DNA from: Gammaproteobacteria bacterium
GTDB taxonomy: Bacteria > Pseudomonadota > Gammaproteobacteria > Eutrophobiales > Eutrophobiaceae
Length of the DNA stretch: 64,000 nt
Reading direction: 5' to 3'
NCBI GenBank assembly: GCA_965243205.1
Contig: CBDEUK010000002.1
Span: 256,001-320,000 of the forward strand
In this document: piece by piece, positions 9,338 through 18,937 of the stretch
Numbering within the stretch: position 1 is the stretch's first letter
Layout of the letters: each line of letters opens with the position of its first letter
The notes under the pieces: generated by a model
What the model was told of the DNA's origin: nothing
Databases searched by the model: none
Seen by the model: only the letters and a program-made list of their open reading frames with translations
Translations under genes and position numbers: made by a program

Positions 9338-9760
9338 ACTATTTCTTTGTGCCTCTAAATAAAGATGAATGGCCGGAATTAATAAAAAAATACCAAACGT
9401 ACCAAAACGAAATATTTGCAATATTGCAGCCATAGCAGTTTGGTTGAAATAAATTGCGGCTAAAAAAAATAAACCTATAACACTGTATATACAGCCAATT
9501 ATGAGAAAGCCCCAAATAAAACTATTTTGATTTATTAAATTTTCAGAGCCTTTTCTTAAAAAATAAAGCCCTAAATACCAAATTGAAAATAATGATAATG
9601 AAACAATAACTAAAGTTGTGATCGTTCCAGCAAAACTATAACTACCGCCTGCTGCACCAATTAACGCATAGAAGGCACCATATAGAAATAAAACTGAACT
9701 AGGCAATAACAATACTAATAACTCAACTAAAAACAATTTTTTGCTAATTGATGGTCTCAT
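9332..9760 (-). CDS. cassette-encoded 4-TM membrane protein (first cassette)
   Basis: Four hydrophobic segments; the stop codon lies inside the attC R'' TAAC. Confidence 0.75.
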   Translation of the reverse strand: MRPSISKKLFLVELLVLLLPSSVLFLYGAFYALIGAAGGSYSFAGTITTLVIVSLSLFSIWYLGLYFLRKGSENLINQNSFIWGFLIIGCIYSVIGLFFLAAIYFNQTAMAAILQIFRFGTFGIFLLIPAIHLYLEAQRNSS

Positions 9761-9767
9761 ATATGGT

Positions 9768-9790
9768 AGCTAACTATATTTTAAAGGAAA
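9768..9790 (-). promoter_or_regulatory. attI-like recombination site
   Basis: Minus strand TTTCCTTTAAAATATAGTTAGCT has the same TAAAA-N4-GTT spacing as the class 1 attI core (CCCTAAAACAAAGTT). No attC palindrome upstream. Confidence 0.55.
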
Positions 9791-9793
9791 GTT

Positions 9794-10025
9794 TGTCCCA
9801 TAGTATTTTATATATTTGGAAAGGTAAAATTGCGGAAAACCTCCTTGTATCAATAAGATAAATAATAAATTAATTATAGTGGGTATATATTCAATGTGTC
9901 TACTATGCTGTTTTTAATATCAAATATTCAAACTGTCCCATATACGATATGAAAATCCTAAATGGTGTTTAAATTATTTGTTTTCAATCACTTACTGGAC
10001 ACAGGAATATTTGTAATATAGGACA
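9794..10025. repeat. five copies of a 9-bp motif, consensus TGTCCYATA (3 direct, 2 inverted)
   Basis: TGTCCCATA 9794-9802, TGTCTACTA 9897-9905, TGTCCCATA 9934-9942; inverted TACTGGACA 9993-10001 and TATAGGACA 10017-10025. Confidence 0.6.
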
Positions 10026-10028
10026 CAA

Positions 10029-10053
10029 TAAAAAAGCCGGGTATAACCCGGCT
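10029..10053 (-). terminator. Rho-independent terminator of the SPFH gene
   Basis: AGCCGGGT-ATA-ACCCGGCT stem followed by a T-run on the minus strand. Confidence 0.8.
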
Positions 10054-10080
10054 AGTATTTATAATTACTTTAAAAAGTAG

Positions 10081-11379
10081 TTACTGATTAATCATGCCGC
10101 GTCTTGGTGGTTGCATTGAAAGATCAAGACTGATGTCTTTCGCAGCTTTTGCAGTAAATAGGTCAATCAATGCAGCAGCATTAGAACCGCTACCTTCACC
10201 ACCATTACCACTCGAAGCGAATTGGATTTCAGGAACCCATTTTTGTTTTTCAATCGCTTGTGCGTAGCGATAATTAACTTCTTTCCAGGCTTTAAGTTTT
10301 TGTTCCAAAGCATTATCAGCTGCCATCTTTAAACGACGTGCTTCGGCTTCACCTTCACCACGTGCAATGGCTGCTTGTTTTTCTTCATAAGCTGCAAGTT
10401 TGTCTTGTTCAGCGGCAAGTTTATTTTGCTCGTTTACTTCTACTTTTTTCACGGCTTCAATCACTGCAATTTCTTTTTGTTTTTCTGCATCAACCACTGC
10501 TTTGATTTTTTCGACCTCTTTTTCATAACGCGCTTTGGTCACAGCCGCTTTACCTTTTTCTTCTGCGGTAATCGCTTCTTGTTTTGCTGCTTCAGCTTCC
10601 GCTTTGGCCGTAATGATTTTCATGGTTTGTTCACGTTTATCCGAGATTTGTTGCAGAGTACGTTTTTCGTAATCCCATTTGGTAATTTGATACTGACCAG
10701 TGATTAAACCGTATTCTTGTAGTGGAGAGCTATTACCGTAAACAACTTTGCCATCTCTATAATCAATTTGTGCGACTTGACGACATTCGCGTTCACCAGC
10801 GGCATTCTCTTCACAAATGGTTGTTTCTTTCGTCGCAAATGCGCCAATTTCAGCTTGTTCGCGTCCCCAACGTTTGAAGGTTTCACGTTTTTCCGCGTAT
10901 GAACCTTCTGATGACATTAACGCAGCGGTTAAGTTAAGTGCTTCGTTGATCGCAGGTTTAACCAAATTATTGGCAACGCCTTCTTGAGATCGGAAGGTAC
11001 GATGTAGATTCAACATAGTTTCTTCGTCAGTTGGTAGAATCCATCGATACACGCCATGAATTTCACCTAAACCACCATCGTTATAACGAACTTCTACTGG
11101 TGGAGTTCCTAATGTACTCTCAACAATATCTTGCTCAGGGCCAACGCCAAAAGTGTAGGTTCCAGAATCTTTATAGACAGTCTCTTTACCAAAAAAGGTA
11201 AAGTAGAGGCCAGGTGTGAATTTTACGAAGGTGGTTCCCCAAGGGTATTGCACAACGGTTCGGAAACCATTGTCGTTGATACCGGTGCTAAATAAGATAA
11301 GCAATACTATAAGTGCCAGAATCATAAAATTGCCTAAAAAGGCACTACCGGCAGAAAAAAATCGTTTGATCAGGGACAT
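10081..11379 (-). CDS. SPFH/band 7 domain membrane protein with long coiled coil
   Basis: N-terminal TM, SPFH-like core (VRYNDGG...YRWILP), Ala/Glu/Lys coiled coil with GEGEAEARRL. Confidence 0.75.
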   Translation of the reverse strand: MSLIKRFFSAGSAFLGNFMILALIVLLILFSTGINDNGFRTVVQYPWGTTFVKFTPGLYFTFFGKETVYKDSGTYTFGVGPEQDIVESTLGTPPVEVRYNDGGLGEIHGVYRWILPTDEETMLNLHRTFRSQEGVANNLVKPAINEALNLTAALMSSEGSYAEKRETFKRWGREQAEIGAFATKETTICEENAAGERECRQVAQIDYRDGKVVYGNSSPLQEYGLITGQYQITKWDYEKRTLQQISDKREQTMKIITAKAEAEAAKQEAITAEEKGKAAVTKARYEKEVEKIKAVVDAEKQKEIAVIEAVKKVEVNEQNKLAAEQDKLAAYEEKQAAIARGEGEAEARRLKMAADNALEQKLKAWKEVNYRYAQAIEKQKWVPEIQFASSGNGGEGSGSNAAALIDLFTAKAAKDISLDLSMQPPRRGMINQ

Positions 11380-11381
11380 AT

Positions 11382-11546
11382 TTATTCTCCTTTATTGGAA
11401 TCGTGTTCTTCGTTGACGACCTCGCCCTCAATAATGCGGCCGTTTTTCTTTTCTTCTTGCATAGCTCTTTGTTTTTCTTCAAATTTTTGTTGAATTAGGC
11501 GAACAGCTAGAAAGATAGCCAAAAATGACAAGATGAGTTTAAACAT
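11382..11546 (-). CDS. small 54-aa single-pass membrane protein (not in the ORF track)
   Basis: Translated by hand: MFKLILSFLAIFLAVRLIQQKFEEKQRAMQEEKKNGRIIEGEVVNEEHDSNKGE*. Ends 2 bp before the SPFH ATG and supplies its AAGGAG RBS. Confidence 0.65.
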   Translation of the reverse strand: MFKLILSFLAIFLAVRLIQQKFEEKQRAMQEEKKNGRIIEGEVVNEEHDSNKGE

Positions 11547-11810
11547 AGTGTTTTCCCGCTCTGTTTTTGTTCAATGGATCTTAGCCCACTTAAAAATATG
11601 TTCGTACTAATATGGGGGAGTAAATGAGGATTTCAAGAAAAAAATAAATAAAATATAATAAAAACAATAATTTATATAAAAATAGAGAATTAATATATTA
11701 AATATTAAGAATTAATAAACCATTTTAAATTATTAATTTATATAGAATTTTATTGATTCAGAAACGAATAGAGTTATACTAAACAGTAGAAAATTACATG
11801 GAAAATAATA

Positions 11811-12917
11811 GTGTTAAACTATATTTTTAAGAATAATTCTAGATTATTGTTTACAGGCCTAATGTTTCTATCATTAGATGTGTCTGCGTTTACGATAATT
11901 CAGATTTTCCAAGATATTGATGATATCGATATTTCTCCTGGTGCATCTCCCAGTACTTTAATAACTGATGTAAATACAATCGATACCAGTGTGAAATCCG
12001 TAAACACTGGATTGAATAATCGAGTGAATAAAGTACTAAATCAACCGGATCGCATAAGTACCGGTTCTTTATCAAACACCATCAAACAAAACTCTACTGG
12101 AATGGCAGCTGGAGATCCTGCAAATGGGGTTGGAGTTTGGGTTAGTTATGGTTATTCGGATTTTGAAAATGATTTTTCTTCGACACAATTTGATGGTCGT
12201 ACTCATACAGCACTTTTAGGTATCGATTTTATGCCTACCAGTAACACTGTCGTTGGTATTGCGTTTGGAATAGAAAATACTGAAACCGACACTGATTTTA
12301 ATTCTGGAGATCAAAAAACCAATGGTTTCACCGTTGCTCCGTATGCAGGAGTATCGATTAATGAGCATGTTAGTGTGGATGTAAGTTTAGGTTATAGTAA
12401 ATTGGATAATGAACAACAGTCAGTTTTTCCTATAACTGGTCTCGGTGATATTCCTGCCGAGAGTGATTATGATAGTGAACGTTGGTTCGTTAATGGAAAT
12501 ATTAATGGTTTTTATTCATTAAATAATTGGTTGTTCACTGGGCAGTTCGGACTGTTATGGGCAAAAAACAGGCAAGAACAATATCAAGACATACTTGTTG
12601 GGGCTGGACCAAGAAATGTACTTGGGCGTGTAACCAGACTAGAGCAGTTTTATCTGACTACTGAGGCAGCTTATACAATTGATCAATTTGAACCTTATGC
12701 ACGCGTGAGTTATGTAAGAGATTTTTCTCGAACACGTTTGCAATTGGATCCATCATTAGAACAACCTTCAGATGATAAAGATGAGTTCTTAGTAGGTGGT
12801 GGTTTGCGTGTTTTTGCAAATCAAAGTATTAGTGGTAACTTTGAATATAATAAACGCCTAGGTAGAGATGATTTTGAAGAAGATATTGTATCCTTCTTCT
12901 TAAGAGTAGATTTATAA
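11811..12917 (+). CDS. autotransporter-type outer-membrane beta-barrel protein with minimal passenger
   Basis: Signal peptide, 'GMAAGD..GVWVSYGYS' barrel entry, alternating beta-strands, C-terminal FFLRVDL. Confidence 0.75.
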   Translation: MLNYIFKNNSRLLFTGLMFLSLDVSAFTIIQIFQDIDDIDISPGASPSTLITDVNTIDTSVKSVNTGLNNRVNKVLNQPDRISTGSLSNTIKQNSTGMAAGDPANGVGVWVSYGYSDFENDFSSTQFDGRTHTALLGIDFMPTSNTVVGIAFGIENTETDTDFNSGDQKTNGFTVAPYAGVSINEHVSVDVSLGYSKLDNEQQSVFPITGLGDIPAESDYDSERWFVNGNINGFYSLNNWLFTGQFGLLWAKNRQEQYQDILVGAGPRNVLGRVTRLEQFYLTTEAAYTIDQFEPYARVSYVRDFSRTRLQLDPSLEQPSDDKDEFLVGGGLRVFANQSISGNFEYNKRLGRDDFEEDIVSFFLRVDL

Positions 12918-14474
12918 ATCGTTAATTACCCCTTGTTCTAGTAAAGCCTGGTATTGTCTTATTGAATGCGTCGCTAGATATTCAGTAGGTGCATAAAAGT
13001 CTGTAAATAATTTCGCTTGTTCTAACTCTTCTTTATTCATAAAAAATTCTTTTTTAGCAATTAACTTAAGTTCAGAATGTATGAAGTCAATATGTTTGGC
13101 TTTATTCAAATCAATGCGTTTATGATTGTTATGGCCGATAAAAATAAAATTTTGTAATCCAGAATGGTTAGGGCTCACAGTTGCAATCATGTATGTTTGT
13201 GGAAAAGTTAATTGCATTGTTTTTTGTAAGGATAGTATTAAAGCTTTATCTTTTAAGCTACCAAAGACGTTAGCTATAAACACTCCATTTTGATTTAGTC
13301 GATGCAGTGCCAATTTAAAAAATTCTTGAGTAACAAAATGCGTAGGAATTGCTGCAAACGAGCGATAGACATCGGAAAAGATGACATCATAAGTTTGTGT
13401 TGTTTCAAATAAAAAACGTCTTCCATCTTGTATATAGTTATTATGTTGTTGTGATTCAGGTAATTGAAAATAAATTTTAGCAATATGAAATAGATGTGGT
13501 TCTATTTCAACCGTATCAATTTTTATAGAAGGGTAAGTTTCTATTATTTCTTTGGGAACGGAGTAAGCACCTCCACCTATGGATAAAAATCGATTAGCCA
13601 GAGGAGTGAATAATTTAAATAATTCATAGTATTTGGTGTAGTCAAAACCCATAGATGCATCGTCTAAATACATACCACTGTTAGGATTTTTATCTTGTAA
13701 TAATAATCGTAATGTTTTGCCATTTACTTCTCTGTCAATGACTGAAATATTTTCATAGAGACCTTGATGATGATAAACAACATCATGTTTCTGATTAAGA
13801 AAAATTGATGTGAGAAAGTAATGAGAAATTATGAAAAGTAAAATAATAACAAGCCATTTTGTATTTTTAATATTTGAAAAACATAACCCAATAGCGGAAA
13901 GTATAAGCAAGCTATAGCTTACAAATATAATAATATTATCAATTGCAAAATTAGGGATTAATACAAAACCAGTCGATAAGCTGCCAATAATGCTACCAAG
14001 TGTAGAGCAGAAAAAAACATTACCAATATTCTGACCTTGTTTTGCCTCTATTTGAGTAGTTTGCAATAACCGTATGGCGTAAGGCGATAACAAACCTAAT
14101 ATAAATGCGGGTATAAAAAATAATAATAATGAAGCATATAAAGGCCCAGTAAGCATATCTAATTTGTATGAAATATCAGGCAATATTTTTATGGTTAGTA
14201 TGTGTAAACCAATAACGGAAAAACCTGATAGTAAGATTATGTTATAAAATATAGATGGAGTGAGTTTCCAATCAGATAAACGTCCACCTAGATAATAACC
14301 TAGGCTTAAGGCTAATAAGATAATGCTAATGATGCTTGAAAAGGTATAGAGGGTATTACCAAAGTAGGGTGCTAGTATTCGTGTAGCGAGGATTTCAATG
14401 ATCAATACTGCCATGCCGGTTAAAAAAACCGATACCAATACGAATGCTTGGTTAATCAGTTGTTTAACAGACAT
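12912..14474 (-). CDS. fused membrane domain/spermidine synthase-like SAM-dependent transferase
   Basis: EILATRILAPYFG membrane N-terminus; SIGGGAYS, VEIEP, DGRRFL and YDVIFSD motifs. Confidence 0.85.
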   Translation of the reverse strand: MSVKQLINQAFVLVSVFLTGMAVLIIEILATRILAPYFGNTLYTFSSIISIILLALSLGYYLGGRLSDWKLTPSIFYNIILLSGFSVIGLHILTIKILPDISYKLDMLTGPLYASLLLFFIPAFILGLLSPYAIRLLQTTQIEAKQGQNIGNVFFCSTLGSIIGSLSTGFVLIPNFAIDNIIIFVSYSLLILSAIGLCFSNIKNTKWLVIILLFIISHYFLTSIFLNQKHDVVYHHQGLYENISVIDREVNGKTLRLLLQDKNPNSGMYLDDASMGFDYTKYYELFKLFTPLANRFLSIGGGAYSVPKEIIETYPSIKIDTVEIEPHLFHIAKIYFQLPESQQHNNYIQDGRRFLFETTQTYDVIFSDVYRSFAAIPTHFVTQEFFKLALHRLNQNGVFIANVFGSLKDKALILSLQKTMQLTFPQTYMIATVSPNHSGLQNFIFIGHNNHKRIDLNKAKHIDFIHSELKLIAKKEFFMNKEELEQAKLFTDFYAPTEYLATHSIRQYQALLEQGVINDL

Positions 14475-14497
14475 CTTTAAGGATGATAATGCGTTTA

Positions 14498-14914
14498 TTA
14501 AATATCCGGGTTATTACCTCCAAACCCGAAGTCACGTCTGGCTGAGATAATTGATACGGTGAATCCTGCTACAACATCTACCAATGCCATTAAAGTTAAT
14601 GCAGCAAAAGTTGTGTTACCCGCTTTAGCACTTAATATAAATTGAATTAACATACCAACAAACACAATCATTGAAAGTACATGATCCAGAATTGAACCTG
14701 CTGTAGTACGTGTAGCTTTAAAAATTTCGACATATAAAAAGGCAATACCTGTTAATAAGAAAATATCACCAATCGAAACATTCCAAGTAGCAGTTGAAGG
14801 TAAATCTACAGAAAATAATGTTTTACTTATGTCACCATCACCTAGAACAAATGCAAATAGATTATAAGCAATCCATAAAACAGCAAATAAGGGAAACGAG
14901 CGTATGATAAACAT
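14498..14914 (-). CDS. conserved 4-TM membrane protein
   Basis: Four hydrophobic helices; EIFKAT, DHVLS and DVVAGF...ARRDFG motifs. Confidence 0.7.
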   Translation of the reverse strand: MFIIRSFPLFAVLWIAYNLFAFVLGDGDISKTLFSVDLPSTATWNVSIGDIFLLTGIAFLYVEIFKATRTTAGSILDHVLSMIVFVGMLIQFILSAKAGNTTFAALTLMALVDVVAGFTVSIISARRDFGFGGNNPDI

Positions 14915-14999
14915 ATTGATGATCCTATTATGTTGTTATTAAAAAGACCTGCTATTTATATTTTTAGTATGACATTAATAAATTTTTTATAAACTAATT

Positions 15000-17900
15000 T
15001 TAATTCTCATAACCTAAATTCGGTGCTAGCCAACGTTCAATTTCTTCTAATGTCATGTTTTTACGTTTGGCATAATCTTTAACTTGATCTTTATTGATTT
15101 TGCCCAATCCAAAATAACGAGATTCAGGATGGCTGAAATACCAACCGCTAACGGCAGCTGTTGGATACATAGCAAAGTTTTCAGTAATTGTAATGCCCGT
15201 ATTTTCTTCGACATCTAACAAATCCCATAATAAGGCTTTTTCAGTATGGTCTGGGCAAGCAGGGTAACCTGGAGCAGGGCGGATGCCTTTGTATTCTTCA
15301 GAAATTAATGCTTCATTATCTAAACCTTCTTCTTTTGCATAACCCCAATATTCTTGTCGAACTTTGGCATGTAAGCATTCGGCAAAGGCCTCTGCAAATC
15401 GATCGGCTAACGCTTTTAGCATGATAGCATTATAATCATCATGGTCATCTTCAAAAGCTTTAACACGTTCTTCCATATCAAAACCAGCGGCAACAGCAAA
15501 TACACCAATATAATCTTCAATGTTTGAAGATTTTGGTGCAATATAATCTGCCAAGGCAAAGTTAGGTTGGCCAGGTGGCTTTTGAGTTTGTTGACGTAAA
15601 GAATGAATAGTCGTTATTAATTCAGTACGATTGTCATCAGTATAAATTTCGATATCATCATCAACTGCATTAGCCGCAAACAAACCAAACATACCTTTAG
15701 CGGTAAACCATTTCTCTTTTACAATGGTTTCTAACATTTGTTTAGCATCGTTATATAAACGTGTTGCTTCTTCGCCAACGATTTCGTCTTCTAATATTCG
15801 TGGAAAACGTCCAGCCAATTCCCAGGCAATAAAGAATGGTGTCCAATCAAAGTATTCAACTAGTTCTTCTAATGGGAAGTCATCAAAAATGGTAATGCCA
15901 AGTTTATTAGGTTTAGTAACAGCATGATTTTGCCAATCGGTTTTAAAGGCATTATTTCTTGCTTCTTCAATACTTAACCATTTTGTTTTAGCTTGTTTAC
16001 CTGCATGGCGTTCACGTACCGTTTCGTATTCTTGTTTAATTTTTGCAGCGAATGCAGATTTTAAATCTTTGCTAATTAAATTTTGCGCAACTCCAACAGC
16101 ACGTGAGGCATCTTTAACATGCACCACAGGTTCAGTATATTGAGGTTCTATTTTAACGGCGGTATGTGCACGAGATGTGGTAGCACCGCCAATTAATAAT
16201 GGCAAATTGAATTCTTGGCGCTGCATTTCTTTTGCAACATGAACCATTTCATCTAAAGAAGGTGTGATTAACCCACTTAAACCAATCACATCAGCGTTTT
16301 CTTCTTTTGCGGTTTGTAAAATTTTTTCAGCAGGAACCATTACACCCATATCAATGACTTCAAAGTTATTACATTGCAATACAACAGCAACAATGTTTTT
16401 ACCAATGTCATGTACATCGCCTTTAACGGTTGCCATGATGATCTTGCCATTGTTTTGACTCTCTTCAATACCACTTTTAGCTTTTTCTTCTTCAATGAAT
16501 GGTATGAGATAGGCTACAGCTTTTTTCATAACGCGTGCACTTTTTACCACTTGTGGTAAAAACATTTTTCCATCGCCAAACAAATCCCCGACGACATTCA
16601 TACCGTCCATTAACGGTCCTTCGATAACATGTAATGGTTTGTCTGCTTGTTGACGTGCTTCTTCAGTATCGTCTTCAATAAAATCACTGATACCTTTTAC
16701 TAAGGCATGAGTTAAACGTTCACCAACCGAACCGTTACGCCATTCCAGGTCGACTTTCTTTTCTTTACTGGCGCCAGCTTTAACGGTTTCGGCAAATTCG
16801 ACTAGACGATCAGTAGCATCATCACGACGATTTAATAAAACATCTTCAATGTATTCGAGTAAGTCTTTAGGTACTTCATCGTAAACTTCTAATTGGCCAG
16901 CGTTCACAATACCCATGTCCATACCGTTATGAATAGCGTGATATAAAAACGCTGCATGCATCGCCTCGCGCACAGGATTGTTTCCACGGAATGAGAAAGA
17001 GACATTACTTAAACCGCCACTGACTAGCGCATGAGGTAAGTTATCTTTAATCTGCTTCGTCGCTTCAAAGAAAGACACCGCATAGTTATTATGTTCTTCC
17101 ATACCAGTAGCAACAGTTAAGATATTTGGATCAAAGATAATATCTTCAGGCGGGAAACCAACTTCATTCACAAGAATATCATAAGAACGTTTGCAAACTT
17201 CAAAGCGCCGTTCGGTTGTATCGGCTTGGCCGGTCTCATCAAACGCCATAACAACAGTTGCTGCACCATAACGGCGAATAAGCTTTGCTTGTTGTTTAAA
17301 TTTTTCTTCGCCTTCTTTGAGTGAAATTGAATTCACAATACATTTGCCTTGAACACAACGTAAGCCTGATTCGATCACTGTCCATTTTGAAGAGTCGATC
17401 ATTATCGGTACACGACTGATATCAGGTTCAGATGCAATCAAGTTTAAAAAGTCATGCATGAGCTGTTCTGAATCCAACATGCCTTCGTCCATACAGACAT
17501 CGATAACTTGTGCACCGTTTTCAACTTGTTGGCGCGCAACGTCTAAGGCGGCTTCTAAATCTTCTTCTTCTTTCACTAAGCGTAAGAATTTGGGTGAACC
17601 AGCAACATTGGTCCGTTCACCAACATTTACAAAGTTAACTTCAGGGGTAATGTTGAAAGGTTCTAAACCACTTAAGCGTTGTACTGTATCTATCTTAGGA
17701 ATTTTACGTGGTGTTACTGTTGCAACGACACCCGCCATTGCTTTGATATGAGCAGGGGAGGTACCACAACAGCCGCCGACAATATTTAACAAGCCAGTCT
17801 CTGCCCATTCTTTAATATGTTCACCCATCGGTTCAGCATCAAGATCGTATTCTCCAAACTCATTCGGTAAACCAGCGTTTGGATGTGCACTAACATGAGT

Positions 17901-18698
17901 ATCCGCGATGCTTGAAAGTTCTTCGACGTATTGACGTAGATCTTTTGGGCCTAATGCGCAATTTAAACCAATGGATAATGGTTTTGCATGGCGTAATGAA
18001 TTCCAAAAAGCTTCTGTTGTTTGTCCTGTTAAAGTACGGCCCGATGCATCGGTAATCGTACCTGAAATCATAATCGGTAAATAAATATTATGATCTTCAT
18101 AGAATTGATCGATTGCAAATAAAGCAGCTTTAGCATTTAGAGTATCGAAGATGGTTTCTACTAATATTAAATCTGCACCACCATCAACTAAACCACGTAT
18201 CGCTTCAGTATAAGATTCCACTAGCTCTATGTAGGTAATGTTTCGGTAACCTGGGTTATTCACATCAGGAGAGATGGAACAGGTTCGATTGGTAGGGCCA
18301 AGTACACCTGCAACAAAGCGTGGTTTGTCAGGTTGCTTTGTTTCAAATTCATCTGCGACTTCTCGTGCAACAGCAGCACCTTGTTTATTCAACTCATATA
18401 CCAAGTCTTCCATTTGGTAGTCAGCCATGGCTATGGAAGTGGCATTAAAGGTATTGGTCTCAACAATGTCGGCACCGGCTTCGAAGTAGGCACCATGAAT
18501 GGCTTTGATAATGTCAGGGCGAACTAAGGTAAGAAGATCATTATTGCCTTTTAAATCGCAAGGATGATCAGCAAATCGCTCACCACGGTAATCATCTTCT
18601 TCCAATTTATAGGATTGGATCATGGTGCCCATTGCACCATCCAAAATTAAAATTCGTTCTGCTAATAAATTTTTAATTAAATCGGTTTTATCGGTCAT
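15000..18698 (-). CDS. metH: B12-dependent methionine synthase
   Basis: [32 protein letters not shown] (B12-binding DxHxxG) and [12 protein letters not shown]. Confidence 0.99.
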   Translation of the reverse strand: MTDKTDLIKNLLAERILILDGAMGTMIQSYKLEEDDYRGERFADHPCDLKGNNDLLTLVRPDIIKAIHGAYFEAGADIVETNTFNATSIAMADYQMEDLVYELNKQGAAVAREVADEFETKQPDKPRFVAGVLGPTNRTCSISPDVNNPGYRNITYIELVESYTEAIRGLVDGGADLILVETIFDTLNAKAALFAIDQFYEDHNIYLPIMISGTITDASGRTLTGQTTEAFWNSLRHAKPLSIGLNCALGPKDLRQYVEELSSIADTHVSAHPNAGLPNEFGEYDLDAEPMGEHIKEWAETGLLNIVGGCCGTSPAHIKAMAGVVATVTPRKIPKIDTVQRLSGLEPFNITPEVNFVNVGERTNVAGSPKFLRLVKEEEDLEAALDVARQQVENGAQVIDVCMDEGMLDSEQLMHDFLNLIASEPDISRVPIMIDSSKWTVIESGLRCVQGKCIVNSISLKEGEEKFKQQAKLIRRYGAATVVMAFDETGQADTTERRFEVCKRSYDILVNEVGFPPEDIIFDPNILTVATGMEEHNNYAVSFFEATKQIKDNLPHALVSGGLSNVSFSFRGNNPVREAMHAAFLYHAIHNGMDMGIVNAGQLEVYDEVPKDLLEYIEDVLLNRRDDATDRLVEFAETVKAGASKEKKVDLEWRNGSVGERLTHALVKGISDFIEDDTEEARQQADKPLHVIEGPLMDGMNVVGDLFGDGKMFLPQVVKSARVMKKAVAYLIPFIEEEKAKSGIEESQNNGKIIMATVKGDVHDIGKNIVAVVLQCNNFEVIDMGVMVPAEKILQTAKEENADVIGLSGLITPSLDEMVHVAKEMQRQEFNLPLLIGGATTSRAHTAVKIEPQYTEPVVHVKDASRAVGVAQNLISKDLKSAFAAKIKQEYETVRERHAGKQAKTKWLSIEEARNNAFKTDWQNHAVTKPNKLGITIFDDFPLEELVEYFDWTPFFIAWELAGRFPRILEDEIVGEEATRLYNDAKQMLETIVKEKWFTAKGMFGLFAANAVDDDIEIYTDDNRTELITTIHSLRQQTQKPPGQPNFALADYIAPKSSNIEDYIGVFAVAAGFDMEERVKAFEDDHDDYNAIMLKALADRFAEAFAECLHAKVRQEYWGYAKEEGLDNEALISEEYKGIRPAPGYPACPDHTEKALLWDLLDVEENTGITITENFAMYPTAAVSGWYFSHPESRYFGLGKINKDQVKDYAKRKNMTLEEIERWLAPNLGYEN

Positions 18699-18771
18699 AG
18701 CCTTTTATACAGTTGTTTGAAGCGCGTGATCGATTGATATGTCGTCGCCTCGCTTGGTCTAAATTCTAATC

Positions 18772-18845
18772 AAGCGAGCGTGGTTGAAGTGAAAATCTGA
18801 GCCTGGCGAATCTTATTTAGAGTCGTCGCAACGCTCCTCAGAAAT
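18772..18845 (-). ncRNA. SAH riboswitch
   Basis: Minus strand CTGAGGAGCGTTGCGAC...GCCAGGCTCAG...CAACCACGCTC matches the SAH aptamer core, including pseudoknot GAGCG/CGCTC; located upstream of metH. Confidence 0.88.
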
Positions 18846-18889
18846 ACAGGCGCGAGTATAATACGGATGAATGAGAATGTGTAGAGAGG

Positions 18890-18913
18890 ACGCCTAACCG
18901 AGCGATTAGGCGT
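18890..18913 (-). terminator. hairpin after the B12 uptake operon (possible terminator)
   Basis: ACGCCTAACCG-AG-CGATTAGGCGT stem about 25 bp after the stop at 18938; weak U-tract. Confidence 0.5.
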
Positions 18914-18937
18914 AATTGGTTGAATTTTGAACAATAA

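Larger units (their letters stand above)
6295..9790 (-). mobile_element. integron gene-cassette array without adjacent integrase (CALIN-like), up to 5 cassettes
   Basis: Co-oriented short ORFs separated by 58-61 bp attC palindromes. Cassette 5' and 3' ends are complementary, e.g. GTTATGCGTATT/AATACGCATAAC, GTTATATGGCATC/GATGCCATATAAC and GTTAGCTAC/GTAGCTAAC. No tyrosine recombinase ORF in the window. Confidence 0.88.

Noticed and set aside
10375-10707. 110-aa Phe-rich plus-strand ORF
   Set aside because: Antisense to the SPFH coiled coil.
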